This document shows positions 1 through 12,546 of a stretch of 64,000 nucleotides of DNA, in pieces. Position 1 is the stretch's first letter; each line of letters begins with the position of its first letter. The stretch covers positions 1-64,000 of the forward strand of contig JAKMXF010000033.1 of the NCBI GenBank assembly GCA_024704765.1, given 5' to 3'. This DNA comes from Oopsacas minuta. Taxonomy: Eukaryota; Animalia; Porifera. The notes beneath the pieces were generated by a model. The model had not been told where the DNA came from and did no database searches. It worked only from the letters and a program-made list of their open reading frames with translations. The position numbers and the translations under genes are program-made.

Positions 1-4
1 CCCC

Positions 5-500
5 CGGTTCACCCTTTTCAGCTAGAATCCAATCAAACGCCATCCGCCTACATTCATCTACTTGAAATAACCTTTAAGTCCTCCTCTATGGTTCAGTTCA
101 TAACTAATCAAGTCAACACTCCGATCAGCTAGTCAACTAGCACAGAAATCCACACAGCCGTCCCCTTGGTTCACCCTTTTCAGCTAGAATCCAATCAAAC
201 GCCATTCCAGCCGTCCGCACTCGTATCTACTTTCAAACACACTCCCCTCGTCCCGCCGTTCAAGTAATAACTAGTCCAGGCAAAACGCCACTTGCCCTGA
301 AGTTAGTTCACTTCCTTAGATACCTAGATACACAGATCCCCACCATTTCACTCACTTCTCAGCTAGAATCTTCTCCTTTACCGCCTCATCCATGGCTCAG
401 GCAATAACTAATCCAGTCTAAACTCACATCAGATAGTCAACTACCACCGTTGATCCACAGACCCTAACTGAGGCATCGGAGATTCTCAGCTATAATCATA
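5..500. repeat. Degenerate tandem repeat, about 4 units of ~125-190 bp (may continue left of the window)
   Basis: GGTTCACCCTTTTCAGCTAGAATCCAATCAAACGCCA occurs near 6 and 168. The core TTCTCAGCTA(G/T)AATC recurs near 357 and 483, and the TAACTAATC..GTC..AACT...TCAG.TAGTCAACTA block near 101 and 406. I found no frame that stays open across the units. Confidence 0.6.
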
Positions 501-677
501 TAATTATCTTATATTACGTATATGAGTACATGCTTCACTATATCATAATTATATGAACATTTAACTATTAATCTAGCACATAAATCCTACATTAAATTCC
601 TTATTTTATTTACAAATATCTAATTCCATGAAAAGTTAAAACATTCACAACTCATATCAAAATATATATACATTTCT

Positions 678-1845
678 TTACAAAGTTTTATCATGATTCT
701 GCAGTTGGCCTTGCTCCGGCTATAAATATTAGAGAAATAAATAGTTCGTAAGAATTTAAAATCAGCTGATATTACTCACTGGCTGGCTAGAAATAGCTAG
801 AATACTGCTGAGCTGTTCTGGCGCCTTGTCCATATTCAGTGTACAGAATTGCTTAACAGCTGATAGCAGATACTCTACTCTTTCTACATCTCTCTCACTT
901 AACTGTAGACTAGTCTTCAGTCCGTCATTCTTAAATATATTAATTATAAATTAGAATAATAACAGCTATAAATCTACAAACCTCCTTAACTAGTCTAACA
1001 TTATCTATCTTCAGCTGTCCTATCGAGCTCAGCGCGTCGTTTAACTTCTCTCTAAGAGAGCTGTCACTGGGATTGAGGGTCGCGATCGCAGAAGGGCTGT
1101 AGGGGAGAGGAACCTTTGTGGGAGTCAGCCTGGCGGTTGATAGAATATCGGGAGTTCTTGAAGGAGTAGTAGAAGAAGGTCTGGCGATGATTGCCTTCTC
1201 TAACATTGATAAACAATAATAAATAAATATTTTAAGCAATAAGATTGTTATATTACCTCTCATCTCCTTAGGGTTATATCCAGCAGGCCATTCAGTAAAA
1301 TTAGCGTCGTAAAAGACTTTAAACCATTGAATAAATTCAAAATTTTCCATAAAATGTCCTTTAACAAGTTTTTCTACAGGAACAGTCTAAAGTAAATAAA
1401 CAAGTAAATATATTTTCAAAATATATATAAATTTAATATTTACTTTTGTAACTTGCAAATCCTTAAATGCTTTCTGCAATATTTTGAAGTTTTCGATGTA
1501 TTGGTGCTCTGAGTTTGCATTCCATCTGACTAACTTTAGCGATATCGAATCTACAAATCAAATATCTTTATCAAAATATCTCAAACTTGTAAACTGATTG
1601 GCTGACAAACCTGGAAAGAGTACGTGTATAAATTGGCAGTAAGCAGCTCCTAAAATAGAATTAATTCTTATAAATAATTGTAAATAATTATAATCAGATG
1701 TTAGCTAACCTGAACAAAGCTCATCAATCTTATTAAGATTCATCTTAAGGGAGTCATTCACCCAGGAGATATACTCTGATCGGCCAGTAAGGGTTGTGTT
1801 AGGTTTAATTAGATTAGTAGGAGGAGGATTTACTGCTGTTGTCAT
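678..1845 (-). CDS. MAPRE1: EB1/MAPRE-family microtubule plus-end protein (multi-exon, divergent C-terminus)
   Basis: Spliced CH domain: [35 protein letters not shown]|[12 protein letters not shown]|..[20 protein letters not shown]|..[27 protein letters not shown] coiled coil follows. The last exon and stop (678) are less certain. Confidence 0.85.
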
Positions 1846-2392
1846 GGTTAATAACTAGTTAATAAGAATGGATAGAATTAGAAATTTATCATATTTATAG
1901 AGGATTAGAGGGTACACATAAGCGTAGAAATGCGTTAACTGATTAAACATTATTATGCACAAATGTGGTTGCTAGGATACAAATAATTAGCTACTGAAGT
2001 TTACGTAAGCTGAATTGGTACTGAAAGCAATAATCTTATTGGCTCTAGAAGTGATAATTAATATGTACGTAATGAACTGAATAATTACTGAGGACTACGC
2101 TTGATAGGATCTCATCGCTATCAGGCGATTCAGACCCGATTAAGCGTAGTTGACTGTAATATCCCAGATTCATTTGAATACTGATTAATAGAGGAGACAC
2201 AAGGACCCATGTTAAGGATATGAAGGACAAATTAAGATAGATCCATTCCCCTTGTCCTGTAAGGAAATAAGTATCAGAGATTGCGTTATGAATTACAGGA
2301 GTAGCATGGCATACATTGAGTGGTAAGTAATAGGCCTATAAGTACATATACTATAAATAAAAATGGTATAAAATAAGTTAGCTAAAATCCAT

Positions 2393-4514
2393 CTACATGT
2401 TCTCAAACTGTTCTACTCTTATCTTCGTATTCCCGCTGCGGATCATACGGAGAGTTTTGTACTTGTCACGTCCTGCTTTCACGTTATCCTCGTGTATCTT
2501 ATCCATAGAGGTTACCTTGTTTACGTCACGAGTAGCGGACAATTCGTCACCTAGCATTTTTAGTCTCTGGGCGGTCGTCCGATCTCTGTCCGCGTGGGTT
2601 TCCCTGTGCTCCTCTGAGCGATCATTTGTCAGATGCTCCATGGACGCTAGATCTCCGGACTGCTGGACTTCGTCTCCTAATTCGTCAGAGATGAACATTG
2701 CCGGAGGCTTGCCAACGGACTAAGTAAATAGGAATGTTAACTTAACCAATGAATTAGCAGATAGCAAATACTTACTATTGCTGTGTCTCTCTGGGTTTTA
2801 CGCAATGCGACCAATTCTAGCGCCAGCATTTCGGCCTGTCTGGACTTCTTGTCCACTTCAGAGGACAGCTCTTTACTCCGCTGCTCCATGGCGCTAGCTC
2901 GTTTCTCCAGAATGTCCCTCTGCTCGGTGCCAGTTTTGGTTTGTGAACGAATCATTTCCATTTCTAACTGAGCCTGCTGGAGCTGTAAGTTAAGAGTAGC
3001 TGTCCTATTTTCCTACAAATAAGGATAGAGCTTACATTCATGGTTACATAATGCATAATAGGTTACCTTTTCCTCTTTCTCCTCCTCCAGTATTTTTGCT
3101 TGTGTCTCTAGCTCCAACAGCTTACGGATGTGATCCTCGTGCTGATCCTCCACAGCCTTCAGTTTAGCAGCTAACTCGGCCTTCTGAGCCTCCGCGTCCA
3201 ATCTGGCTTGTTTCTCCCTCTCCAGCACTGCACGTTCCATCTGCTTAGCATACCTATATAACATTACGGTAACCATGGTAATAAATGAAATAAGATTATT
3301 ACAAATACATACTTATCCTCTCTGGCTTGAGCCTTCATTTGCTGTACTTCAATAGAATCAGGCTTACGTCTACGCATGTATAGCTCATGGTTACCGATAC
3401 ACAGGGCAAGAATGCGTTTGTTAATCCTCAGGCGGGGAGCGTAAAAGTGAAATTCTGGGGACTTTTTGTCGATTGGTTTTATTGTGAATTTTTTATCGTT
3501 GAAAGAAATATTTCGTATTTCGCTCCAAGGAAATCCGATCTTGGGTGTCAACCTGTAAATATTACTAAAGTAAACAAACAACAAACAAACAAATAAACAA
3601 AACTGACTTATCATTGTGTTCATAAATATTCAATCCCAGCGCATCAACACCTAGCCAGAGCTTGGTTCCTTTCTTGTTTTGAATTTCAAAATAATTGACT
3701 CCGTACATCTCCAGGTCTTGAGCTATTTTTAGATATTCCATCATAATGTCCTCTCGCAGCATATTGGAGTGTTCCTGATACCACTTAACTATCCGCTCCT
3801 CCCATTCCAGAGGTGTCAAGTTGTGCTATAATTAGATACATATGTAAACAGATGATATGGCAACGCGAAGGAATGTCTAACCTGATCGAGAACCCTCTGG
3901 GGTAACATTCTCTCTTTAGACAAGAATCCCGGTTTCATTTTTTCAGGATCGTAGTCTCCGTATCTCGCCTGGACTGCGTATGAGGCCAACAGGACAGATG
4001 TCTCTGGAGGACAGTAAATCCCATCTGATAAGATACCCTCCTTTACCTAGATGTACAATAAATTTAATTATGGAATTAGTTTGAATTCATAATTCCAGTT
4101 CTTGTCACCTGTAAGAAGAACATTCTCTGTGTAACCTCCTGTATCAGTTCTTCGGCTACATCTTCTGGATAGAACTTAGATAGAAATTTGAAGTGAAGAG
4201 GAACTTCCTTCTTTATGTCCTGAGCAGTAACTTTCTTGTTCAATTTTAGCCAAGTTACGTAGCTCTTATCGTCCTCGTACTGAAGTCCGAAGAACCAAAT
4301 CTCCCTTATACCAAGGGTCTTCACTACCTGTAAGTTATAAACATTCCAAATAACCAAGCCTGTATCCAACATATCACAATAAATAATTAGAAAGCATTAC
4401 AATATAAACAATTCTTACCTGATCAAACAGCTGTTTCCCGGTTGTATTCGGTTGAATTGCAAAATCTAATTCTGCATCTACGCTAGTAACTCGAACGTTG
4501 ATTGGTTTAGGCAT
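2393..4514 (-). CDS. RDX: ERM protein (co-ortholog of ezrin/radixin/moesin), multi-exon
   Basis: Starts [37 protein letters not shown] motifs [30 protein letters not shown] and [17 protein letters not shown]-terminal actin-binding tail [23 protein letters not shown]. Confidence 0.95.
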
Positions 4515-4878
4515 TTATGAGTGCTAGCTAATTGTAAGTAAACTGATTGGTCAGTTCAAAATACAATAATAAATGTCTTTATGAAGAATTTCCTATTTAT
4601 ACTTAGCAAAGAATGGATCAGAGAGGCGCTGTGTGTGGTCAAAACAAATTCGATCAGTTCTAATCCGACAGCTGAAACTTCAAAAGAATTATACACAAAC
4701 AGAATCCAAAAAATAAACCAATGAATTAATCGGAAAATATTTATAAGAAATAATGGATTTGCCATAAATTCGTGAGCCTAGTAATAGCCAATCAGATTAC
4801 AGAAACATTTCAGTCTAGAAACCAATTATAGAAACAAATTGATTAGTAAAGGAATAAATTACAAAACTAAAAATAGCA

Positions 4879-5095
4879 CTAGCAGGCTAAGTACCATCTT
4901 CCTTTTGCTCTACGTCTCTCTATTATCCTTCTGCCCGGCGCAGTTTTCATTCTGGCGGCATATCCGTGTTTCTTCTTGCGTCTGTAAGTGCTAGGTTGGT
5001 AATTGTTACCGCGACAAGTAGTACGGACTAGCTCAGGTATAAATAGAAGTGATCGAGTTATAACTGGGAGTCTGAAAATTGAGCTAAGTGACATT
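4879..5095 (-). CDS. MRPL34: Mitochondrial ribosomal protein bL34m, intronless
   Basis: [42 protein letters not shown] is the L34 signature, preceded by a presequence-like N-terminus. First ATG at 5095. Confidence 0.9.
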
Positions 5096-5172
5096 CTAAA
5101 AAGTAGCAATTTTATTGGCTGAATATAATTAAATTTGAATATGATTAATCATATAATTACTAAACAAATAAA

Positions 5173-5451
5173 CTAAACAGCTGATTGGTTATCGATTATG
5201 TCTAGAGGTGGTCTAGCAGGCGGTCTGTGGTCTGGTCTGTAGTCTGCTCGGGCGCGGATTCTCTGTCCAACTCCCTTCCAGTTCCGAGGCTGGAGATGAT
5301 ACTTAGCGGTTCGGAGTCTTCGTTTATGTCTGAGACCCTCCACGTGTCTCAGGAACCTGTCAGTGTACCCGCCGCGAGGAGACAGCTCTGTGAATGAGCG
5401 GGAAATAATAAACTGATAGTTCTGAATCTGTTGGAATAGTTTCATAAACAT
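5173..5451 (-). CDS. Small basic protein with mitochondrial-presequence-like N-terminus; possibly a shortened bL35m (MRPL35)-like protein
   Basis: 92-aa Arg-rich ORF with a TTAATTAGCAG acceptor 2 nt before the ATG. DRFLR..GL, KRRLR and RNW words recall MRPL35 (from memory, no alignment run). Confidence 0.5.
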   Translation of the reverse strand: MFMKLFQQIQNYQFIISRSFTELSPRGGYTDRFLRHVEGLRHKRRLRTAKYHLQPRNWKGVGQRIRARADYRPDHRPPARPPLDIIDNQSAV

Positions 5452-5589
5452 TTCTGCTAATTAATAAGTGTTAAAGAAGTATTATTGTAAACAATATTTC
5501 TATAATTAGAAAGAATTGATTTGATTAGTAAAGAATATCTGTGGTAAGAATAAAGAAATTTATATCAAAAGCATCCACCAATGTAATGT

Positions 5590-6400
5590 TCAGAAAGTTT
5601 TGCTGCAACCAAACAGAGATTTGTATTTGAAGTCCACAGCTATAGAATACATTCATAAGTACACAGCTCGTAACTAGGGAAATATTAAAAATACCTAAAT
5701 TCTTAACAAAGTCCATCATTAGCATATAATTCTTTCCAGAGTCACATAAGTCCTTAGCAAGAGTTGAAATTGAGAATCCCTAAACATTCCTAATATCAAT
5801 CTCGGTAGTTAGGATATATTTTTGGTGCTTACCCTTACAGTACTGGTTAATGAGTAGTTAGAAGCGATCAGGAATTGCAAACTAGCATTACTGCTCTTAC
5901 CCAGATGTCCCGCCTAAAGAACAACCAATCAAGTAGCTGAATTGATAGAGAGAATTACAGCTGTAGCTTACCTGAATTATATATCTAACACCTGAGGGTC
6001 GCTCCTGATTGGTCAGATTCAAAAATTTGATGAATCTGTAATTTCCATCTTGTCCCCCTAGCAACAGACGGAATGTAATAAACAAACTATCTGATTGATC
6101 AAATAATTAATAAACCTTTCATGAGATTATCTTTCATCAAATTTGTCAAATCTTCACTTTTCTGATCTAAAATGAACAAATTTTGGATAAATAAAATAAT
6201 AGAAATTACAAACAAATAACTTACCAACTTGAAATTCCATAGTACAACATGCGTTACCTAGGAAAAGATGAAATATTTGAAATTACATTTTTGTTACAAA
6301 ATATGATTAACTAACCGCAAGTTCCACAATCCGTCTGAGCCCTGAGCTGACCAATCAAGAGACAACTTGTAAATAGAATTAATTTTGTATATTCAAACAT
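5590..6400 (-). CDS. Secreted Cys-containing protein of unknown function (7 exons, ~165 aa)
   Basis: A hand-spliced GT-AG chain stays in frame: MFEYTKLILFTSCLLIGQLRAQTDCGTC|GNACCTMEFQV|DQKSEDLTNLMKDNLMK|GGQDGNYRFIKF...VRYIIQ|AGHLGK...STVR|GFSISTLAKDLCDSGKNY...|AVDFKYKSLFGCSKTF*. The N-terminus is signal-peptide-like. Confidence 0.7.
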
Positions 6401-6833
6401 GTTTTCTAATAAAATATATTCTCTAACAACAAGTGTGTAAACAAATAATTAACACCTGTGAAAGAGATTATTGAGTTTATTAATAATTAATATTAAATGC
6501 CTATATTTGTATTGTCAGATTTCTAAATGAAATCATAGGAACTGACAGGAGGAAGCAATCAGCTGATTGTATGAATACATACATGATTGATTGATCAATT
6601 CTAACAGATAGAAAGGTGTCATATTATTAAGATTAATGACGTATGCATGAGAAGATTTCATTGGCTAATATACGTGGGTAAGAACCGTCAGCACAATTAA
6701 GTGGAGTATTGCACCATAGCAACGCAAAAGAAATAAGGAATGTGCTGTAGTTAGGCCTAGTTTAAGCGACACCTTCCCGTATATAAATACAATTGTAATT
6801 TGATTTATCGTATTTTATTACAAAAGACAGATT
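6401..6833. promoter_or_regulatory. Probable bidirectional promoter between the secreted-protein gene (-) and EYA (+)
   Basis: 433-bp spacer between divergent ATGs. Contains ATCAGCTGAT (6558), CCAAT-type words (TGATTG, CATTGG), an X-box half site CCATAGCAAC (~6713) and TATAAATA (~6782). Confidence 0.45.
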
Positions 6834-9615
6834 ATGATTTCAAGTAAGTTATAAATACAGAAATATTTTTGGTTGCCATAGTAACGTAAAGAATTGTTTG
6901 TTTTGAATTTTGATAAAATAAACAAAATAATTTTGAGTCGGTTTCTGTGGAATTTTGTTATTTATTATTGTTTGTTAATAAATAGCACTTCCGGAGAAAG
7001 AGGAAATCAATAATCTGACAGATCTGGGATCCCCGGGGGTACAAACAGGCGGGCAAACTTACAGAGACAGCAGTCATTCTCCGGAAATAACAGATGACGT
7101 ATTTAGTCCAAATACTCAACCTCAAGAAAATAGTAAGATATCTTATTTGTTATTATTACTATTGTTATTGTTATTATTATTATTTATAGAAGTTAGCTAT
7201 TCTTATAATGAAATATCGGTTAGTTCCAGTACCAGTTCCAGTCCCAGCGAAACTAGAGAATTCAGTTATTATCAGGGCAGTCACTTCTCAGCCAATCAGA
7301 TTGCCAGGAGTGAGACAGGAGAATCGTGTCAAGATTTTGAAGAAATTATGAAAAAGGTGAGTACCCTAGTTACAGCCTTTTGTAATGGAATGTAACAAGA
7401 ATTAGGTATAATTTGTGTAGACATGACACAATTAGTGTTATCATAACAACCAATTAATCACTTGGAATGTTTATTCTTGGACACAAATATTTTGAAATAT
7501 GAGTCAATTGATTGGTGAATTCCTGCAAATACCAAACACCAAAAACAGTAACCAAGCAAATGATATAAATAGTAAAAAAAACAAATAATTCCAAATAACA
7601 AACATTATCAAATATGTTAATGGTAAGCTATTTGTTGTTATTTACATTTGGAAATTTTATTATTTATTATTTGCATTTTAGGTAGAACAAAGAAATAGCC
7701 AATCAGAGAGTGTCTTCACTGATGGACCAGCTGCACCTACATTTGGCGCTCAAAATCTTGAGCAACAGTCTCTGTCCTCTTTCACTCAGCTGATGAGTGA
7801 ATCATTCAACACCTCATTTGACCTGACAAGTATCTCTGAGAATTCTGGTCAGTTCATCCATCAGAAATCGCCACTGTATCTTGGGACACAAAAGCCAGTG
7901 ACTAGTCCTCCTCTCCCGTCTGCTAGTTTCTACCAGACCCCAGAGACAGAGTCTAGCTCAGACAAGTCCTCTATTCAACCTCCTTTCTATCCCGCACATG
8001 TAGACCCTTCCTGTATGTACTATCCAGGTTAGTTCCGATTAATCAGCTGATTAGCTCTGTATTAACCAATCAAATGCTAGGCTATTGGGCTCCTTACTCC
8101 AGTAAGGATTACATAAACAGACTCTATTACGCCAGGAGGTACGCCCCCTATCAGCAGAAGTCCTCCTCTACCTCCACACACCCTTATGCCTTCTCTAAGC
8201 CTAGCACTCCTAACGGATCCACATCCTCATTTTCCAGCTACCCCACAACACCCACGATATACCCAGCCTCTCTAAACGGGTCCTCCAGCTCATTCGACGG
8301 TGCAGGAATGTCTCTGGGGGCGGGACACTACGGGAGTACTAGCAGTTTATCACCTGTAGAGAGTCCTGTATCAGCTGGGTATGTAAGCAAGAGGAAATCT
8401 GGTAGAAGGAAGAAAAGGAGTCAACCAATCACCGCCAGTGTGGAGCCTCATACTACGGTATGTTACACATATTTGTGGTTGCTAGGGAGTAATATATTAT
8501 ATACATATTGTTCTAGAGAGTGTTTGTGTGGGATCTAGACGAGACTAGCATAATATTGATGTCACTATTGAATGGAATGTTTGCTGGGAAGTTTAACCAT
8601 GATTCTGACACCTTACAGGAAATTGGTTTATCAATGAGTGATATTATTTATAATTTAATTAACACTCATTTCTTCCACACTGAATTAGAGGTTAGTAGAC
8701 TATTGTAGATAATATTGATCATATGATTAATCCTAACACCTCTCCAGGAATGTGATCAAGTTCATTTTGAAGATGTCTCACTAGAAGATACCGGAATAGA
8801 TTTAAGGTATGCATACATACTTAATCGGTTGCTATAGAAACTAACATGGAATGTATATTTAGTTCTTACGACTTCTCTACGGATGGATTTACTTTCGCAG
8901 AAATTCAGAGTCAGTCTCAGGGACACAAAAACTCTACGAGCGGCACACCTAGCGCCACTTCTAGCACCTCTATCTCCTGCCCTGGGAGTGTCCGTAACAC
9001 ACAGGATTGGTGCAAGAAGCTGGCCTACAGGTATCGGAGGATACAGGAGATTTATTCCAAATACGGATGTGATTTAGAAAGTAAGTAATTTGATTGGTTA
9101 GTATGAATGATACATTTACTATTTGTTCTATTTTAGCACTACTCGGACAGGAGCAGTACACCACCTGGTACCAGCTCCTCTGTAAGCTAGAGAGGATCAC
9201 AGAGCAGTGGGTCAGTCAGGCAAGGAAGTGTCTAATGTTAATACAATCAACACCTGGATATATTAATATTCTTGTTAGCAGTAGTCCACTTATCTTAACT
9301 TTAGGGAAATGTCTGTTGTTTGGATTGAGTCAAGTGTTTCAAGTACAAAATGTATATTCCTCGGATAATACAGGAAAATGTGATGTGTTTGAGAGATTAG
9401 TAAACAGATTTGGAACTAAATGTACATATGTAAGTATAGGAGACTCACATGAGGACGAAGATGCTTCGAAAAAGGTGAGGAATTAATAACATTATTCAGT
9501 GAATTATATTTGTAACATGTTATTCTATTTTTAGCACAATTTCCCATTCTGGCGAGTATCTTCTCAGAACGATTTGATAGCGCTGGAGAGAGCACTACAG
9601 TTACAACATTTATGA
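6834..9615 (+). CDS. EYA1: Eyes absent (EYA) family phosphatase/co-activator, multi-exon
   Basis: S/P/T-rich N-terminal half, then the EYA domain with catalytic FVWDLDET (DxDxT), WCKKLAYRYRRIQEIY, YVSIGDSHEDEDASKK, and end FPFWRVSSQNDLIALERALQLQHL*. The start (ATG ATT TCA A|gtaagt) is inferred. Confidence 0.92.
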
Positions 9616-10727
9616 ATATTTGAGTTATGAATATTTTGATTACAAATTTTTATTTGTAAATTTCCTATTTTGTAAATATCGAAACGCTATTTTGTAAATA
9701 TTTGTGTAAATAAAGAATGTATATTTGAGTTATATAATATTAGGCGGGAAAATAATCAAACAGAAGGTGTGAAAATGATAAAATTAATTAGTAATTTAAC
9801 AATACGCCTCCCTGACAACGTAATTAGGCAATTGTAATGCGTAGTTAGTAAGTAGAATAACAAGATTATAAATTCGAAGACAGAATCATCAGAAATAAGC
9901 AAAATGTAAGAAATAATACTTCCGGTCTATTTTAGTGTAATTATTGGTTGGAGGAATTCAATACACAAATTTGATAAATACTGATATTCGATTGGTCAAA
10001 TACACTCAGTTCTATAAATGCCCGCGTATTTATTTTTAATTCTATAAATAGCACAGAATTTTCAAGCAATATTTCCAATTGAAATAAATTCCTAGATGCT
10101 TTCCTGTTGCTATGCTAGCACGAGCTGCTCCCAGATAGAACAGCCAATCAAATCCGCCCCTTTGAGTGATGAGACAATTAACTTAAGTCCTCCCACGCCA
10201 GATGCTATATGGAACTAACTTATCTGAATATGGAACTAAGAGCTAATATATAAACTCGTCATTTTCATGAGGAATTCTAATTAATCTCAGAAATTAATGG
10301 CTGACTGATCAAATATTTCAACTCAGACTTACTCTAACAAATAAGTAAACAATTAACTATGCTCTAACTAGTAAATAACAACAAATAACAACAGCATATA
10401 CTTAGCAACAACAGAATACAAATGCTGTGAAGTATTGCAACTAGCAAAATGTATAAAATCAAGCTATATACACATACGAATTCTAAAAATATGCTCATTA
10501 TTTGCAACAGCCAGACTTTTCCTTTTTATTAAGAACTAACTCAACGGATTGTTCTGGCTCTTTCTGAGGTGTCTACAGGACATAATGCAATTGGAACCAA
10601 GTACAGGAAGTATAATATATAATTGAATTAAGCTAGATAGTGGATTGACTGGCCCAGATATTCATAAATATAGTGGACATACAAAATACACATACACAAT
10701 AAAGTTAGTTCAAACAAATCTCTCCAA

Positions 10728-11920
10728 TCAGGTGCATTTGCAACCCTTGACCTTTGGTCCATAGTCTCCGTCCTGGTTAGGGAAAGTTGGATTTGAAGGC
10801 GTGTTAGCCATTGGGGTCTGTAGAAATATTCCAGTCATTCCACAGTCTAGCTTAGTAACCATGGATACGTGCGGAATTTTATAAAACAGTGGGTCTATTC
10901 AAGATTTATGAATAGACCCATAGCCCCCCCCCCCTCCATTAGAGGATCAGTTTAGCGGATAATATTTGTCACGTAATACTTACCTTTTGGAGAATTGCTC
11001 TAGCCAGGGTTTCAAACGTCTAAACAAGTAAATAAACAAGTAAACAATATATCAAATAACAAACAAACATAACTCTAACCTGATCAATATTTATGTTAGA
11101 CTTGGCTGAAGTCTCAAAAAACCGAATAGTATACTCGTCAGCAATCTAAACAAACTAATAAATAAATAAACAAACAAACAAACAATATACAAGTAATGAG
11201 CATAATTATGGCATAATTCTAGATAACAACCAATATATGAGAAAGGAATGTAACAAATAAAGAATACCCTCTGTCCCTGATCTTTAGAAATTACTCTCTT
11301 AGTTTCCATATCGCATTTATTAGCTATCAAAGTCTTCTCTACATCTGGAGACGCGTGCTAAACAACAACAATAATAACAACAAACAAACAAACCAACAAA
11401 CAAGCAAGCTCACCGTCTCTATATTATGCAGCCATTTGGCAATGTTATCAAAAGACTTTTGTTGAGTAATGTCATACACCAGGATAATACCCTAACAACG
11501 AATATATAAGATAGGTATGTATGGAATGTTATTAATAAGATAGGAATGTACTAACCATAGCTCCGCGGTAATAAGAGGTTGTTATTGTGTGGAATCTCTC
11601 CTGTCCAGCAGTATCCCTAATGATACAAATAGTTAATATCATCACACCTTTTATGATAATAATCAATTCGAATTTACCATATTTGTAGCTTTATCTTCTT
11701 ACCGTCTAACTCAATAGTCTTGATTTTGAAATCAATACCTATATAAGAAACAAACAAATTAACAAACAAACAAAAGAGTAAACAAACACCTACCAATAGT
11801 AGATATGAATGTGGTATTGAATGCGTCATCAGAGAACCTGAAGAGGACAGAGGTCTTCCCTACCCCTGAGTCCCCAATCAATAAAATCTTGAACAACAGA
11901 TCGTAAGCCTTCTTAGCCAT
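10728..11920 (-). CDS. RAB10: Rab10 small GTPase, multi-exon
   Basis: [57 protein letters not shown] (Rab10-type residues), ANKCDM, and C-terminal prenylation motif GCKCT*. Confidence 0.92.
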
Positions 11921-12546
11921 AACTAATAAATTCTATTCTTAGAAATACAAAGCCATAACATAGCAACCACATAAGACATTAGTTATGTTATCTGAGGGAA
12001 GAAGGAGGTACCCTTCCAGTTATATTTAAGGATACAGCTGTTTATCAGTAACATTAGGGAGGTATCAATCTACACCCATGAGGACGATAGGGACATATAA
12101 CACCCATGGGAAAGGACAAGGAACATTTATTTGTAGTAAATAAGAATAAAATATAAACTATCGCATAGAATAAATGTGTGCATATATATTTATGCAATAA
12201 GATATCACTGAGAGTATTGTATTATCGTCAAAACTGCAACGATATATACTCTGCATTCCTATCTACTATCATGGTAGTCAGGATATACAAATCATTCTTA
12301 TTAACCAATCAATTTCTAGGAAATAATATGGGGATTAATCATATGAATAATACGTATTATCAGAAATATCATAATTAATTAGATGTATTAACACTCACAT
12401 AAAATATCTGAGAGACTAATAGGCCTGATTAGATAAACAAATATTAGCTAATATTTATAGAATACATTATAATAAATCTTGTAAATAACAACAAATTGAA
12501 AATCCATTGTGCAATAGTGTTAGAAATCTATTTTTAGAATTCAAAT

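Noticed and set aside
2045-2230. 61-aa ORF between ERM and EB1
   Set aside because: No ATG start and no recognisable motif; it sits where the ERM 3' UTR and EB1 5' region must be.
2397-2971. Antisense ORFs over ERM (also 36768-37058, 47465-47710, 52798-53697, 60237-61100 and similar)
   Set aside because: They lie opposite well-supported CDSs and have no motifs of their own.
10096-10218. 40-codon ORF MLSCCYAS... preceded by an acceptor-like AG
   Set aside because: Too short, with no similarity I recognise and no supported upstream exons.
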